Source: Felis catus (taxonomy: Eukaryota). From it: DNA of 64,000 nt. Made by a program: the position numbers and the translations under genes. Below the pieces are notes generated by a model. The model did not search any database. It had not been told where the DNA came from and was given only the letters and a program-made list of their open reading frames with translations. Shown one piece after another: positions 14,139 to 27,586 of the stretch. The stretch is from the NCBI RefSeq assembly GCF_018350175.1, contig NC_058368.1:35404001-35468000 (forward strand), written 5' to 3'. Each line of letters opens with the position of its first letter. Position 1 is the first letter of the stretch.

Positions 14139-14439
14139 AAATATAAATAAACATTAAACATTTTTTTTAAATAAAAAATAAAAAAAATAAAATGCCACTA
14201 GTCCAAAGTGAGATGTACTGAAAGTATAAAATACACACCAAATTTCGAAGACTGAGTATGAAAAAAGGATGAAAACATAATCATTTTTATATTGATTATA
14301 TGCTGAAATGATAATATTGAGGGATACACTGGATTCAATAACATTTATTTTACCTATTTCTCTTTTACTCCTTTGATGTGACAACTTGAACTTAAAATTT
14401 TCTGTATGACTTGCATTTTCTTTCTGTTGGATGGTGCTG
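13858..14439 (-). mobile_element. MER33 (hAT-Charlie) DNA transposon, split by a SINE
   Basis: GTCCAACATGGTAGCCACCAGCCAC..GAGCACTTAAAATG...AAAATACACACCAAATTTCGAAGACT...TTTCTGTTGGATGGTGCTG matches recalled MER33. Confidence 0.85.
13925..14187 (+). mobile_element. Can-SINE (SINEC_Fc type)
   Basis: Full head, (CT)n and A tail; perfect 16-bp TSD TAAAATGCCACTAGTC at 13908-13923 and 14188-14203. Confidence 0.97.
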
Positions 14440-14849
14440 GCTGACAGGCTTAGAAGAAGAACCTCCTGGAGCTAGGACTGAGTCTTTTGAGAAGGGTGCT
14501 GCAGAAGGGTATTGGTGTGTCTGAGAGAGAATGATGGGGCTGGTTCAGGCTGTGTGAAATCTGCAAATTGGAGCCAATTGTCATGGATCAACTGGCCCTG
14601 CCAAGGCAAAGAAATGCGACTGCAGTGCCCCCACAGGAGCACAGGAAAACAAGGAAGAAGTCTTTTCCTTCCCCAGCTTTGCAATTTTCCTCTGTTGCCC
14701 CCAGTTGGCAGAACCCAAGGCTCACTTGGCAGACCCAGGTCTAAGGGAGAAATGTGATTTGCAGGATCCCAGCCCCAGCTGGGCAAAGCAGAATATGGAA
14801 AGATGAGTCTGCTGCTGAGAGGCAAACAGCTTAATCACTGGCACAACAG

Positions 14850-15450
14850 TCATTGTCTGTCAGGCATGGTTTTAGATATTAGGGGCACAAGCATGAACCA
14901 AAGTCCCTGTCTTCACCATTCTAATGAGGCAAGGCAGACAATAAGCAAATTCATAAAAGGGATGATTCCAGGGAGTGATAAGTGTTAGGAACTTAAGGAA
15001 CTGGAGACATGTGAACTAAGGTCTGGAGGGATGGAGAGGGGAGGAGGAGAAGGAAGAGGAAGTATTCCAAGGCAGAAGGAATATTACCGAAAAATCTCTG
15101 AAAAGAGAATGATCTGAGATTGCAGCTGACGCATAATCGTGGAGAGGAAAAATGATAAGGGATGATTGGGACTGATTACATAAGGTCCCTGCAAATCATG
15201 GTAAGTAATATGGATTTGAACTTAATTGCTATGGGAACCACTGTAGGATTTTAAGCCGGAAAGTGGTATGATTTGATTTACGTTTGTAAAAGGTCATTCT
15301 GGCTGCTGTGCAGAGGCGTAGACTCTAGGGGGACAAGCATATGAGGGAGACCAGAAAGCTACTGCAGCAGGGTAAAAGATGAGGATACCTGGGACTGGGG
15401 TTGAAGCCGTGGACATGCGTAGAAGTGACTGTATTCAAGATAAGAGTTGG
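14850..15450 (-). mobile_element. LINE-2 fragment
   Basis: Degenerate L2 motifs (GGAACCACTGTAGGATTTTAAGC, ATGATTTGATTTACGTTT, AGGTCATTCTGGCTGCTGTG). Confidence 0.6.
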
Positions 15451-17269
15451 AGGTTGTGCAAACGGTATCCACTAAGATTGGGACGCTTCATGCAATTCAT
15501 TTGAGTAAATTTTCCAAACAGCTATCACACTTTAAACACCACAATTGTTTTAAAATATTCTTGTTATTTTTCATGGAAATAAGTCACAATTATACAAAAC
15601 ATTCCTTGATCTTCTTCTATAGAAAATCCCAACCAAATTTACAAACTGCTATTTTGACTCAGGGTCCTGTTCTCCATTTTTGCCTGCCATCTGACACATT
15701 CTCTGTCAATTTCTTGAGTTTCTCAACTCCCAATTACTTTCACTCCATATGTTAAAGCTCTGCTTCTGTTGAGGCAAATCTTAATTAGGATGAAAAGATG
15801 ATTTTCCAGATAATCTAATCCAGACATTGACTATGCCATTTAGGTAAATGTCACACCTGCCAGGCTCAGGTCAGCATCGGCTGCCCCAGCCTGTCCATAA
15901 AGCTTGTGCTTACCAAGGCCCACATCTAACCAAAATTATCCTTGCTTCTGAGACACCAGCCATATTTAGCTGCTGTGATTCACCAAGGTCAAAATCAACA
16001 TGATCCCTATCTACCAAAGGCAAATAATCAGTCATTCAGAAAACTTTCTCTCCATATTACTTTGAGTCCCAGTTTCTAGCCCTTGGCTACAATGTTCCTA
16101 GCCAATTCATAAAGATGCTGGCGTTTTAAGGGTCCAATATACAATCTTCCTTTCTTCCTCTCACAACTTCTGAATGGGAGCCTGAGCTAGAAATCAAATT
16201 ATCATTTATTGATGGATCTAAACTAGAGAGTATGGCTTGCATTTAAGGCTAAATGGCTCTCCTAATATATCTTTTTGAATGACTCCGAACCCACCAAACT
16301 ACAAACCCACCACCTTCCCTGGAATGATGAAGGTGCTATCAGATTAAAGTGGGATAAAGAGCAAGCAGAATGCGAAGAAGCAGAGATAGAAAATGAGACT
16401 TGATCATTCACAAAGCTGGGCTCTGCAGAGGAATGAATAGCTGAGGGATGTCACATCAATGGAAGGTTGTGTTTTAAGAGGGAAAGTAATGGGACATGTT
16501 TATATGCACATGGAAATCATCAAGGTAAAAGGGAGAGATTGAGAATGTAGGAAAGTAGATGTATACCATAAAAGGTGACTGGGAGTCAGCGGATAGGATT
16601 CAAAGCATCGGTGGCAACACAGGCCTCCATAGTAACAGGTGGGAATGTAACAGAGTTGGGGGCAAAGGAACTTAGGTTTCTAGATTTAGTTGTGGGCAGA
16701 TGGAGTTTTCATTCTATGTTTTCTATTTTCTGAATGAAAAATGAAGTAAAGTATTCAGCTAAGAATGAGAGGGTGGGAGGTGTGAAAAAAGAGAACGTTT
16801 GAAATTAAAAATCTTGCTGGGAAGCAGAGTTACTGAGGAAACAATTTCTGAGTAGTGCTGAAGGTCCATTTGAGGTGTATTAATTTAAAGTGAAACCAGT
16901 CAGCCCAGTCTTTCTCTAGCGATATTCAGATGCTCAAGCATATACAAGGAAAAGCTACGTATGTGGTCTCAAGTCAATAGAGATTATAGCTGCCTTAAGA
17001 TGGAAGAGAAATGGAGGGCCAGAGAAGTTGAGGGCATTGGCAAGAGGATGATTATATTAATTTATTCAATAATAATCTGCAAACTCCTAATACATGTCAA
17101 GAACTAATCAAAAATGCCTGGATAAGTGATAGGAAATTGTAGGTACAAGCCACTCTCTAGGGGTTCCACCAGAACTAGGTGCAGATTTATTTTTGAATTC
17201 ATCTTTCCTTTTCTTTTTCTCTTGTCACCCTTCGTGGAAAAAAAACAGAAGCAAAAAACCCAAAAAATT

Positions 17270-17480
17270 GGTAACATATATTTATTATTCACCATGTGTC
17301 AAGTACTATGCTAGGCATTTTTAAAAAAACATTATCTTGTTGCTCCATATATCAATGCTATGAGGAAATTGCTGTTATTAGCCCCATTTGCAGATGGGGA
17401 AAGAGAATATGAAGATATTAAGCAACCTCAGAATATATCATATTCAGAACTACTGGCTTTAGAGCCCCTTGCTTCTACAG
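17270..17480 (-). mobile_element. MIR SINE fragment
   Basis: TTATTAGCCCCATTTGCAGATGGGGAAA MIR core. Confidence 0.6.
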
Positions 17481-18431
17481 GGTAAGTCTTTCTCACTAGG
17501 GGGAAAAAGGAAAATATTTTCCATTAAAATATTTTCAATTTCCCATTTTCACATTAATGCATAAGCAACCAGTTTTTTGTTTGGATACCCTTGGGAAGAA
17601 GAACTTTAAACTCTTCTACGAAATTGAGTGAGATTATTATTCCAAAATATCTAATTTTACAAATTGAACATTCTTGACTATGCAAGTAATTATTTAAAAA
17701 CTCTGCAAACAGATAAATAGCTACTCTGGTCTCCTTCCTTCCCAAACTCTCTTGTGGGTGACACATGTTGAAGAAAATATTTATGCTTTACCTAACATTT
17801 CCTACTTAAGAGAAACAATCTGAATTTCTAAATTTGGGCCTAGAGAATAAACAGACGTTTTTCTCCTTTCCTCCTCTTCCTTCCTTCCTTGCTAATCAAA
17901 CTAAGATAATTGTTCTGCCCTAGAAAATCTCCAATGACTAACAAATACTATTGTGCTTTTTTTTTTCTATGAGAGAAACTTGAAAAAGCACCCCATCCCA
18001 TTCATCAAAAATTACAAAATTAGCAAGGAATGAGATATCTCAGGCTTTAAGGCAAGGTTTATACAGAGGTGAAGGTCATTCATTCTTCATGTGAAAAATT
18101 TGACATGGAAATTGGGAGTGTTTCCTTGTTCCTTTGTAATTAGAAAAATATCCCATTTTTAAACTTGAATCATGTAAAAATTCCCTTGACTACTTATATT
18201 TTTCAAGACTATGTTATACTTAAATATATTCAACTATCGCTATCTGGGGAGATAAATCCAGGTCAGACAAACATAAAAAATGAACCATGCTTCCTGAGCA
18301 GTAAAACTGATTGGTTGTGCATGACATTTACCCAGATTTGGTAATAGCTATCATTTGTTGAGAATTTAGTACATTCTAAACCAGAGATTCTCAATCTTGG
18401 TTATGTATTAGAATCATTGGAGACATTTCTG

Positions 18432-19165
18432 TAAACTTTTTATTGTGAATTAACTTTAGACATGGAAAAATTGCAAAAGTAGTATAGAGTTCTCCTATAT
18501 CCCTCAACTGCTTCCCATAACATTAACCCCTCACATGACCATTGTATAATTATCAGAATCAAGAAATAAACATTATCAATATAATATTATTAAATAAATT
18601 ACAGATCCTATTAGAATTTTACCAGTTGTTCCACTAATTTCCTTTTTCGATTTGGGATTACACTGAATTGGTATTTCTTCTTAGTCTTGTCCAACCTGTG
18701 ATATTACCTCTGCCTTTTCTTGTCTTTCACAACCTTGATTTTTTTGAAGGATACTAGTCAGTTATTTTGGAGTTAATTTGGGTTTGTCTGATGTTTTCTC
18801 ATGATCAGAAAAAAGTGATGCATTTTTGTAAGAATACCACAGAAGTGATGTACCCTTTTCAATTAATCATATCAAGGAGTTCATAATGTTGACTTTGTAA
18901 TTTTGGTAATACTAATTTTGTCAACTTGGTTAAAGTCATATCTAATGGGTTTCTCCACTGTAATATTATCTTTCCTTTAGTAGTTAACAAATATCTTGAT
19001 ACTTTGAAACCATGCAAATCCTGTTCCTCCTCAAACTTTTATCCACTATTTTAACATCTGTCAGTAGACCTTATCTACAACAATTATTGCTGTGGTCCCT
19101 TTCCAGAAATAAGTTTCTATTTCCCTATTTTCTTCTACATTTATTAATTGGAATTCCACACGAGT
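18432..19165 (-). mobile_element. Old L1 3' end (L1MC-like) inserted into a MER5-like fragment
   Basis: TTTTATTGTGAAT..TTTAGAC..GAAAAATTGCAAAAGTAGTATAGAGTTC...TTGGGTTTGTCTGATGTTTTCTCATGAT; preceded by MER5-like CCAGAGATTCTCAATCTTGG..ATTAGAATCA at about 18381-18425. Confidence 0.75.
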
Positions 19166-19739
19166 GTTTTTTTAAATGCTGATACAGACAAATTCAAGGA
19201 AAATTTACTAAGCATATTATCTCTAGTTCACACAATATGGCTAATAAGCAGGTATTATTATCCACACTGGAATACAAGGAAATTGATACTTGGAATGACA
19301 CAGTAACATATGTTTTTACAGATAGGAAGTAGTGAAGGCAAGACAGAAGCTCTGAACTACATATCTCTGAAATCTATGATTGTTCCACTGCCCCAGCTTT
19401 CTTCCTTTTAAAGTCAGCTCACTGTTCTTAATATCAAACTTTGGCCCATTTAAATTTTAGTCTACTAACCCCAATCATCTGTAATTGTTATATAGATCAG
19501 TCCAGGGTTAGGCACATTGTTTTTCTGTCTGAACTTTTTGACACTCACCTAAAGAGTAAAGAATAGATGCTAACTGTGTTTTCACCTTCACCTGGACAAA
19601 AGATCTTTGCAGAACAGATGAGAATGAAAGAAAATGGTATATCATATACATTTAGGTATTTAGGCTAACAGGCAACTTTTTTAAAGAAATATAACCCAAA
19701 TGCTTTATGAGGGAAGAAAGCTTATCAGGCATTGCACTC

Positions 19740-19950
19740 AAGCATATAGTGGTGAAGAGTGGGGCTTTGGAGGCAGCTAGAACTGAGTTAGAGTCCAGCA
19801 AACTGCTCAATGACTTTGAATATGTTTTTCTAACATTTTTAAGGTTAAATTTCCTAATTGTTAACATGTAAACATTAATACCCACTACACAGACTTCATG
19901 TGAGGATTCAATGATCTTCAGCGCAGGGGTATAAGCAATCAATAACTATG
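19740..19950 (+). mobile_element. MIR SINE fragment
   Basis: ATAGTGGTGAAGAGTGGGGCTTTGGAGGCAG...GTGAGGATTCAATGA. Confidence 0.6.
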
Positions 19951-20867
19951 AGTTTAAAAAACAACAACAACAACACTGTAACCAAATTGCCTAACACCTG
20001 ACAAGAGATGAGTACTTTTGAACAGAATTTTTGGGAAAAGAAGAGAGAGGTAATTTTTGAGGATGTGACCCTTAAAAGGGATCAGATGACATGGGTGTGT
20101 ACAGGAGTTTTAGAAGTGCCAGGGGGATACATAAGGACTCTGAGGGAGAAAAAGATAAAGGGAACTGAAGAGTGTGAACTATCACCTTGGCTGATTTCCT
20201 TTGTGGAGGCAATCATCAAGTAGAGAGCTGGATAAAACGGTGGGCCAGCTGAAGAGTTGCTGCAGCTGCCAATCTATAAATGGCAGGCAGCTAAAACATC
20301 ACATGAAATGTAAAGAAAGAAAATTTTCCCTAGAACATCTTTTAGGAAGGGCAGTTTACATGCATACCATCAGGATAAGAAATTTTGTCTATTTCGGTCA
20401 CTTCTGTATTTCCAGTGCCTAGAACACCGCCTAGCGTATGGTAACTATTCAACAGAAGCATTAGATGACTGGATAAATGAATGAAGCATCAATAAATGCA
20501 GAAGACCAATTAAGAAACTTAGCTGCTTAAGAAAAAGGCTTTGTCCCTTACAGGCCTTCTCTTGTGCTGAGAGAGGTAAACAGACTTAGGGGGCTGAGCC
20601 GATTCCTTCAAGTCTATGGAAGCAAGCCTGGGCCCACCTCCTGGCTGCTCACCTCATCTCCCTCTTCTTCGTTAAAGGTTCAGTGTTTCCTCTATATACT
20701 TGTTGAACAAATAAAGAATAACGATTTTTTAAAAGGATGTCAAATTATGAATTTGCTCAGGACCTCTACAAATCTGTTAGACCTTGGCTCTATGTCACTA
20801 AAATTACATCTGTACAAAGAAAAGCAGTCATTGCTTGTCCAACTATGAAAATGTGAAATAAAATGCC

Positions 20868-21250
20868 TGTGGCAAAGATTGGAAGTTGCTTTTCTCCCTT
20901 TCATGCTTAATAAGAGAAGCCTGAGAAGTGTGTCGAGCTGAAGAACTATATTTCCAAAGCACATCTGTAAGCAGAGGTGTTCGCTGAGATTTAAGAGTCC
21001 TCCAGGAAACTGTTTTGCCCCTTGCCCTTCTATTCTTGCCTGGAATGAAGATACAATGGTTGGAGCTCCAAGAGTCATCTTAGTGATTTTGAAGATGATG
21101 AACAGAAAGCTATAAGGAGGCTGACTCTGATGATTTTCTGGAGCTGCCGTACCAGTGTCTATCTTCAGACTTAATTTGTGTGGGCAAAAAAAAACAAACT
21201 TATATCTTGTTGAAGTAACTATAGTTAGGTCAATAGCCAACATAATTTCG
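20868..21250 (+). mobile_element. Old MaLR LTR (MLT1H-K-like)
   Basis: TTGCCTGGAATGAAGATACAATGGTTGGAGCTCCAAGAGTCATCTT, GGAGCTGCCGTACCAG, AAACTTATATCTTGTTGAAG. Confidence 0.6.
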
Positions 21251-21499
21251 GTGTTGTACCCCATTAGACAATGTGTATATACAGTTGCATCCATAGGGGC
21301 TAAATATGGGTACTTTGAAGAAAGAAGGAAATCAGAATTTTTAAGTGATGTTTTTAGTAATTATTAAGAGGATAGAAGAAAATAGGGTGTGCAATTTAAA
21401 GAAATACTTCTTATAAGAGCACTGTTACCCATTGCAGAGTTGAACAATTGACCTGTACCATAGCAAGTGTTTTCGTCAATAATTGGCACATTTCAGTAT

Positions 21500-21800
21500 T
21501 GAAAGGAATCATCAATCACCTAATCCAATTACCCATCTGATGCTCAAACTCTTCTCCAGGATATTTAGGTAAGAAGTCATCCAGCTTATGCTTGGCTACA
21601 TCAAATGATGAATAACTCTCTACTTCCCACGCCAGCCCATTTTTATCTTTGGACAGTTCTAAAAGTTAGAATGTTGTTTCTTACATTGAGCTGAAAATCT
21701 GTTTTCCTCTAGCTTCTATCCACTCATTCTACTTTTCGTCTTCAGAGCCATATTCAGTACTTCCAATTTCTGTTCTAAATGACAAGCCTTCAATTATCAC
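21500..21800 (-). mobile_element. CR1/L3 LINE 3' fragment
   Basis: Reverse complement AGATTTTCAGCTCAATGTAAGAAACAACATTCTAAC..GAACTGTCCAAAGAT..ATGGGCTG..GAAGTAGAGAG...AGCTGGATGAC matches recalled L3 3' region. Confidence 0.75.
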
Positions 21801-23785
21801 ACTCCTCTTGAGACAGCTGCCCTTCTGGGTTTTCATGCCAGGAAATCTTGCTGACCATGTTTCTGAACATGTTGAGATCTACTTTCCCAGAATCTAGGGA
21901 ATAGGTATGACTGCACCTACTCTTCCCTTTCCTTGCTATCATATACCTTGACAGAATATGGCCACATCTTCCCTGGTTACATAACTTCTTTTGGCCAAAA
22001 AATGGCCTCTTAGTTATTCAAATACAGACACAAACTAATCATTAGTCCAACTATCTTCAATAACCCTGAGAGATACATTTTGAGACAAAGCAAGTAAAGA
22101 ACTTGTCAGATATGGTACTACCAGCTGGATGAGAGTCCCATTATACATCCCCCAATATTTGACATCACCCTTTTTACAATATAGTATACCTGTGCCACTA
22201 GTTTGACCTAAATCAGAAATAAATCATTTATTTCTTACATCAGGCCAAATGACACTTAGCACATCTTCACAATAATATCACATTTGTCCTGTCACCTCTC
22301 ATCCACAAGCTACTTATCTCTAGCAAATTTCTACTCTTAGGATTTCTGAGCAGCCATAAATGATATTGCCAATTTCTCCACTAAACAAAGTCTGTTTCTA
22401 CTCAATTAGATCTATTCTCCCATTACCATATTTCAAACAGACAATACTCACCAAACTTTGGTGACATCAGTGGGATATATACCATCTGTGTTATAATATC
22501 TAATTTCCTAGGTTACCTGCTATAATCAAATATATTAAGTCCACAGGAGGTGATATTAACCAAAATAAATGTAGCCTGAAATACTTATTTTTAAAATTAA
22601 AAAAATTAAATTGAAATTTAGCCAATAGCAAAGGCATTGTAAATTTCATCTGGAACTAATCTCTGGGTTCAACACCAAAGGGCAGACATCCTGTAAGGAA
22701 CTTCTGACACTCTTCTCTGCTTCTGCAACTAGTATTATGTCAAACAGGCAAAATGAAAATGGTCAGGAACTCCAGTTACCCTCTACCAGGAGAGCAGAAG
22801 TCATTTTTCAGGCTAGATTTTTAAGAATATAAATCCAGGTTCACAGTTTAAGAGAAACATAATTTTCTATTCACAATCTGTCTTCCAGCCAACCTATTTT
22901 ATTACCAATATCAGGAAGGTCCAGAGATAAAATATAGTTTAAACTTCAAATACCTCAAACCAAGCTGTCAGGGAGGGGAGAGGTCAGATGCTGACATGCT
23001 GGAAAAAAGGAAAGCTGATGATGACCACGGTGATGGTATCAGTTTTTCACCCAATAGGTATGAAGTGGGATGGGATCAGTGGAAGATGAGAGTTGGGTTG
23101 AGCTTTATGCTGTTGATGTTAAAGACAGATGTACCTAGAGAGGGTTAGGCAAGTAGAGAGTGAGGTCATGCATACTCAAAATTGAGATGAAGCCTCTGCA
23201 AGCTCGGGGACTCATTTTCTCCCCTGCTGAATGCTATAAGAAATTGTTTTGAACCATACGCATCCTGAAAAAAGTCTTTTCTCATGGTCCCAGAAATGTG
23301 CTCTCCAAGGCAGAGGAAGGAAGGAAGAGTTTGGTCTGTAAGTTTACTCATGTCTGTCACTGGCTTTCATTTCAGCATGTGTCTACTTTTTCTTCTCATT
23401 AAAAAGCAAAACAAAACAAAAACCAAAATAAACCCTCCCCAAACCAGAAAAAGGCATGTTAGAATATGTTATTAAGATACCATTTGGAATTCTCATTCAT
23501 ATGGCATATAAGAAATAATTGCTTAAATTATACAACTATTATATGGAAGATAACTTATTTTTATTATTAGCTTCATGGGTCATTGACATTTTATGTACAA
23601 GAGTGAAGATGTGTTTCTTCTGTCTCCAAGGACTCCACAGACTTGGAGAGAAGATAAGACATACGTAAGTACCTAATACATTATCTGTAGCATGGCATGT
23701 GCCTTAAGAGAGATATAAAGAGGCCCAGAGGTTTAGAGAAAGAGGAGATTAATTCTGAACTCAACAACATCACCAGCAAAATGGC

Positions 23786-24147
23786 TACTATGATATGAAT
23801 GTTTATGTCCCCTGCAAATTCATATGTTGAATGTGATGATATTCGATGGTGGGGCCTTTGGGAAGTGCTTAGGTCATGAGGGTAGAGAGCCCTCAAGATG
23901 GGATTAGTGCCCTTATAAAAGAGACTTCAGAGAGATCCCTGGCCCTTCTGCCATGTGAGGACAGAGTGAGAAGTCACGAGCTATGAACCAGAAAGAGGAC
24001 CCTCACCAGAAGGCAACCGTGCTAGTGCCTTGATCTTGGACTTCCCAGCATCCCCAACTGTGAGAAATAAATTGTGGTTGTTTATAAATCATCTAGCCCA
24101 TGGTATTTTGTCATAACGGCCTATGTTGCCAAGAATGGACTAAGACA
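23786..24147 (+). mobile_element. MaLR solo LTR (MLT1A/MLT1A0-like)
   Basis: TACTATG..TGAATGTTTATGTCCCC..AAATTCATATGTTGAA...AATAAA...GACTAAGACA; perfect 5-bp TSD ATGGC at 23781-23785 and 24148-24152. Confidence 0.92.
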
Positions 24148-24625
24148 ATGGCTAATAGTGAAACAACAGGATTCACACATGAGTACAGTGAGTGCCGATC
24201 TCAGTTTTACTGTCCTGCCTTAGCCACATCATTTCTCTGTGCATTAGTTTCTTCAACCATTAAATGAGAAAGGGAAAACGACATTTTTGCCCAAAGAACT
24301 CTGATCCTCTGGAAATGGCTCTGGATGAGCACATCAACAGACAGATCCCAAACCAAGCAAAAATATTGTATTGTTCATGGAAAGCTTCACAGCACTCAGA
24401 ACAGAGCAGAAAAGTCACCGCTCTTTGCTACCGCCATCTTCCAAACTTTCCCTTCTCGGAGGACAGTCCCACAAACAGAGGCAGCATTGTCAAAGCGTGG
24501 CAAGCCTAGATGTTCACAGGCAGCCAGTCTTAGGAGAAGGTTAATTTATGTTAGCAAATCTTCAAACAACCTGTCATACCTGATTATTTTTCTTTATACA
24601 CATCCTTCCCTCCCCCTCCTGGTTT

Positions 24626-24627
24626 GA

Positions 24628-24723
<96 letters not shown>

Positions 24724-24725
24724 AA
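24626..24725 (+). repeat. Perfect (GAAA)25 tetranucleotide STR
   Basis: 100 bp uninterrupted. Confidence 0.97.
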
Positions 24726-25543
24726 ATGTCTCCAGGAATGTGTGGTAGCCGATCTTTCAAGGCCACTTTGTGGCTAAATAAATAAAAAGAAAAACAGAAA
24801 CATTGCTATTCTGAAGGACTTTTGTTTTCCTCTTTGAAGACACTGCAAAGCAATCACAATGATGTAAATTCAAGGGCAAGTGCTTCATCCTTTATAAGTT
24901 GAATTAGTTAAGTTGATCCTCTTTGCCAGCATGTTTTTAATGCACAGAGAGATAAAATTTGATACGTTCATGACAACAATCACATTAGTACAAGTAAAAG
25001 GTGTTAATAAAGTATTGGCACCGAAAATATATGAAACAAACCAAAATGCAGAGAAAGTGATAGAGTCCCTATTGTAGTATATAAATTACATTGTTGAACT
25101 GATGATTGATATTATAGCTTCCATTTCAAAGACTCCCTTTATAGAGCAGGTCTATTGTCAAAAATGATAATAAGAAAATACTTTCTCAAGAGTATACCTG
25201 CCCATATATTATTCCTATAAAATTGTAGACATGAGAGAATTTTCTGGAATAATGACATATCTAAAAATGAGAGGTGGGCAGAAGAACACCATCTATGCAT
25301 GAATTCCCAGTAGCATTCTTCTGTGGTTATCAGATTACGTATTAGATAAATTAATCAATCTCTCTCAATCTCTCTCTGTGTCTCTCTCTCTCTCCAATGA
25401 AAAAACTGAGGAGAAAATGAGTCAAGTAACTTGCCTCAGCTCGTACTGAATAAAGACAAGTTTTTAAACAGCTAATAAGAGAATTTTCAAATATGATGAA
25501 AGGGACCATGTCAGGCCAACATAAAGAAAGAAACAAACAAATA

Positions 25544-25740
25544 GGGGCAACTCGGTGGTTCAGTCGGTTGGGTGTCCGACTTCGGCTCAGGTCATGATCT
25601 CACCATTCGTGGGTTCGAGCCCCATGTGAGCCTGGAGGCTGCTTCGGATTCTGCGTCTCCCTCTCTCTCTGCCCCTCCCCTGCTCGCATTCTGTCTCTCT
25701 CTCTTAAAAATAAATAAACATTAAAAAAAGAAAAAGAAAA
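25544..25740 (+). mobile_element. Can-SINE with internal deletion
   Basis: SINEC head and tail; lacks the GGGCTCTGTGCTGACAGCTCA segment present in sibling copies; TSD AAAGAAACAAACAA on both sides. Confidence 0.92.
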
Positions 25741-25854
25741 AAAAGAAACAAACAAGCGAACAAGCCTCAACCAGTGGCTTAAACAAGATATGTTCTTTAT
25801 ACTTTTGTTGGTTGCAAAGGACAGAGGGGAATTGAGGTTGTTTCAAGCGACAGG

Positions 25855-27372
25855 GTTCACTTCCAGCTTCCAGTCCACATGTAAGGAGCTTGGAAGTCAT
25901 CGCTCCCATCCTCAATAAGAAAACAGATGAACAAACTGGAAATCAACAACTTTTTTCAAATCCATCAGAGAACTGAGGTCACAGAGCAAACCCCTACCCC
26001 GAAACCTGAAGAGATGGACAGATATAAGAAATCACAGCTTTCTAAGGGGAGAAACCTCAGCGAGAGCCAGCATCCATTAGGAATACTTAAGGGTAACTAA
26101 TTGCTGAAGAGTGAGCATACACAAGCCATAAGAAATAAAAACCCCAGGGACCCAGCCTTTGGAATGTCCCCCACACTTTTCGTGAGTTTCACCTCCAGTA
26201 GCCCCACCAAGTTCTCACTGAGAAATCGGAGAAAAATCTCCTCATGCTCCCAAAAGGAAAAGGGAGAACTAACTATCCTAAAATACACCTAGAACATTTT
26301 GTTCTATTTAACAGATTTTTTCCATGAGGGAAAAGCTTAACTGACTTGGGTTTTATAGGGGTCCAATGGATGTGGGTGAAGGGAAATACCTACTCCAGCA
26401 CCTCTAGCCTTTTGGTCTCACTTAAGGTTGGGGCGGGGGGGGGGGGGAGATAATAAAATTGAGACTTAGAATCATAGACGCTAAAATGATTCCCCTCCCG
26501 GTATGCACATCTTGTACCACACAGATAGGGCCCCTGAATAATAAGAGAGGAGTACGGCTAGAAAGAACTGCATGGCTCAGATCTAAGTTACAAAGGAACA
26601 TTCAGGAAAACTCAAAGACAACAGAAATGACAAAAGCAAGGACACCATAAGAAATTTTAGTCTCTGACATCTACAGCTACAGCAAACAGTAAACACAGTC
26701 CAACACCTAGCCAGATAAATAGAAAATTTCACACTAAAGGTCAAATTAGCTTAGTTCACTTACCCAAGACATCACATGTGGCTTTCAAAAAAAAAAAATT
26801 GCAAAGCATGCTAAAAGGCAAAAAAATCAAAACAAAACAAAACAAAACACCACAGTTTGAAGAGACATGGCAGGCAATGGAACCAGATTTAGCTATGGCA
26901 GATATTTTAGAATGATAACACCTGGAATTTAACTATAATGTGTATGCTAAGGCCTCTAATGGAACAAGGGGAGGACATACAAGAACAGGTAGGTAATGTA
27001 AGCTGAGAGATGGACACTCTAGGAAAGAATCAAAAGGAAAGACTAGAAGTCATAAACATTGTCACAGAAATGAAGAATGCCTTTGATAGGCTCTTCAGTA
27101 GACTGCACACAGCCAAGGAAAGAACTCAAGAACTTGAAGACATGTCAATAGAAACTTCTCAAATTGAAACACAAAGAGATTTTAAAAAAGAAAGAAAGAA
27201 AGAAAGAAAAAAGTAAAACAAAGAGATTTCTAAAAACTGAAAGAAAAAAGAGAACACAATATCTAAAACCTGTGGGACAAATACAAAGAACACACACATA
27301 ATAGGAATACCAGCAGGAGATCAGAGAAAGGAACAGAATAAATATTTGAAATATTAATAGCTGAGAATTTTC
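25855..27372 (+). mobile_element. Ancient L1 5' end (5'UTR plus decayed ORF1, L1MC/L1MD-like)
   Basis: The 27010-27216 ORF (NQKERLEVINIVTEMKNAFDRLFSRLHTAKERTQELED) resembles the L1 ORF1p coiled coil; downstream LWD, IGIP and IAENF motifs; start CATGTAAGGAGCTTGGAAGTC resembles old L1 5' ends. Confidence 0.8.
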
Positions 27373-27586
27373 AGGTTACGGAGATGTGTTGTGAGGACAC
27401 AAGAGGAAATGGGAGAGTGCAGGAAAACTTCTCATCCATCAAGGGAACCAGTTTCATGGAGAATTAAAATGCCTTTGTCCCATTATGGCATACAACATAA
27501 TATACTCGCATACACCATAATCTAGCCATCACTATTCTCACAGATCACTTTTCTGATCTGAGTGGGTCTGGTCTGTGTTCTGACTA

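Larger units (their letters stand above)
13667..14845 (-). mobile_element. ERVL-class solo LTR (LTR33/LTR40/LTR41-like), interrupted by MER33 and a SINE
   Basis: Minus strand starts TGTGCCAGTGATTAAGCTGTTTGCCTCTCAGC...CTGGGGCTGGGATCCTGCAAATCACATTTCTCC, resembling recalled ERVL LTR consensus; left boundary approximate. Confidence 0.6.

Noticed and set aside
20740..21294. 184-aa minus-strand ORF, the longest non-L1 ORF in the track
   Set aside because: Overlaps an old MaLR LTR antisense; no recognisable domain or splice context
23172..23263. Possible minus-strand exon (TTTTTTCAG|GATGCG...TTTGA|GTATGC)
   Set aside because: Short pyrimidine tract, weak donor, unrecognised peptide; compatible with chance
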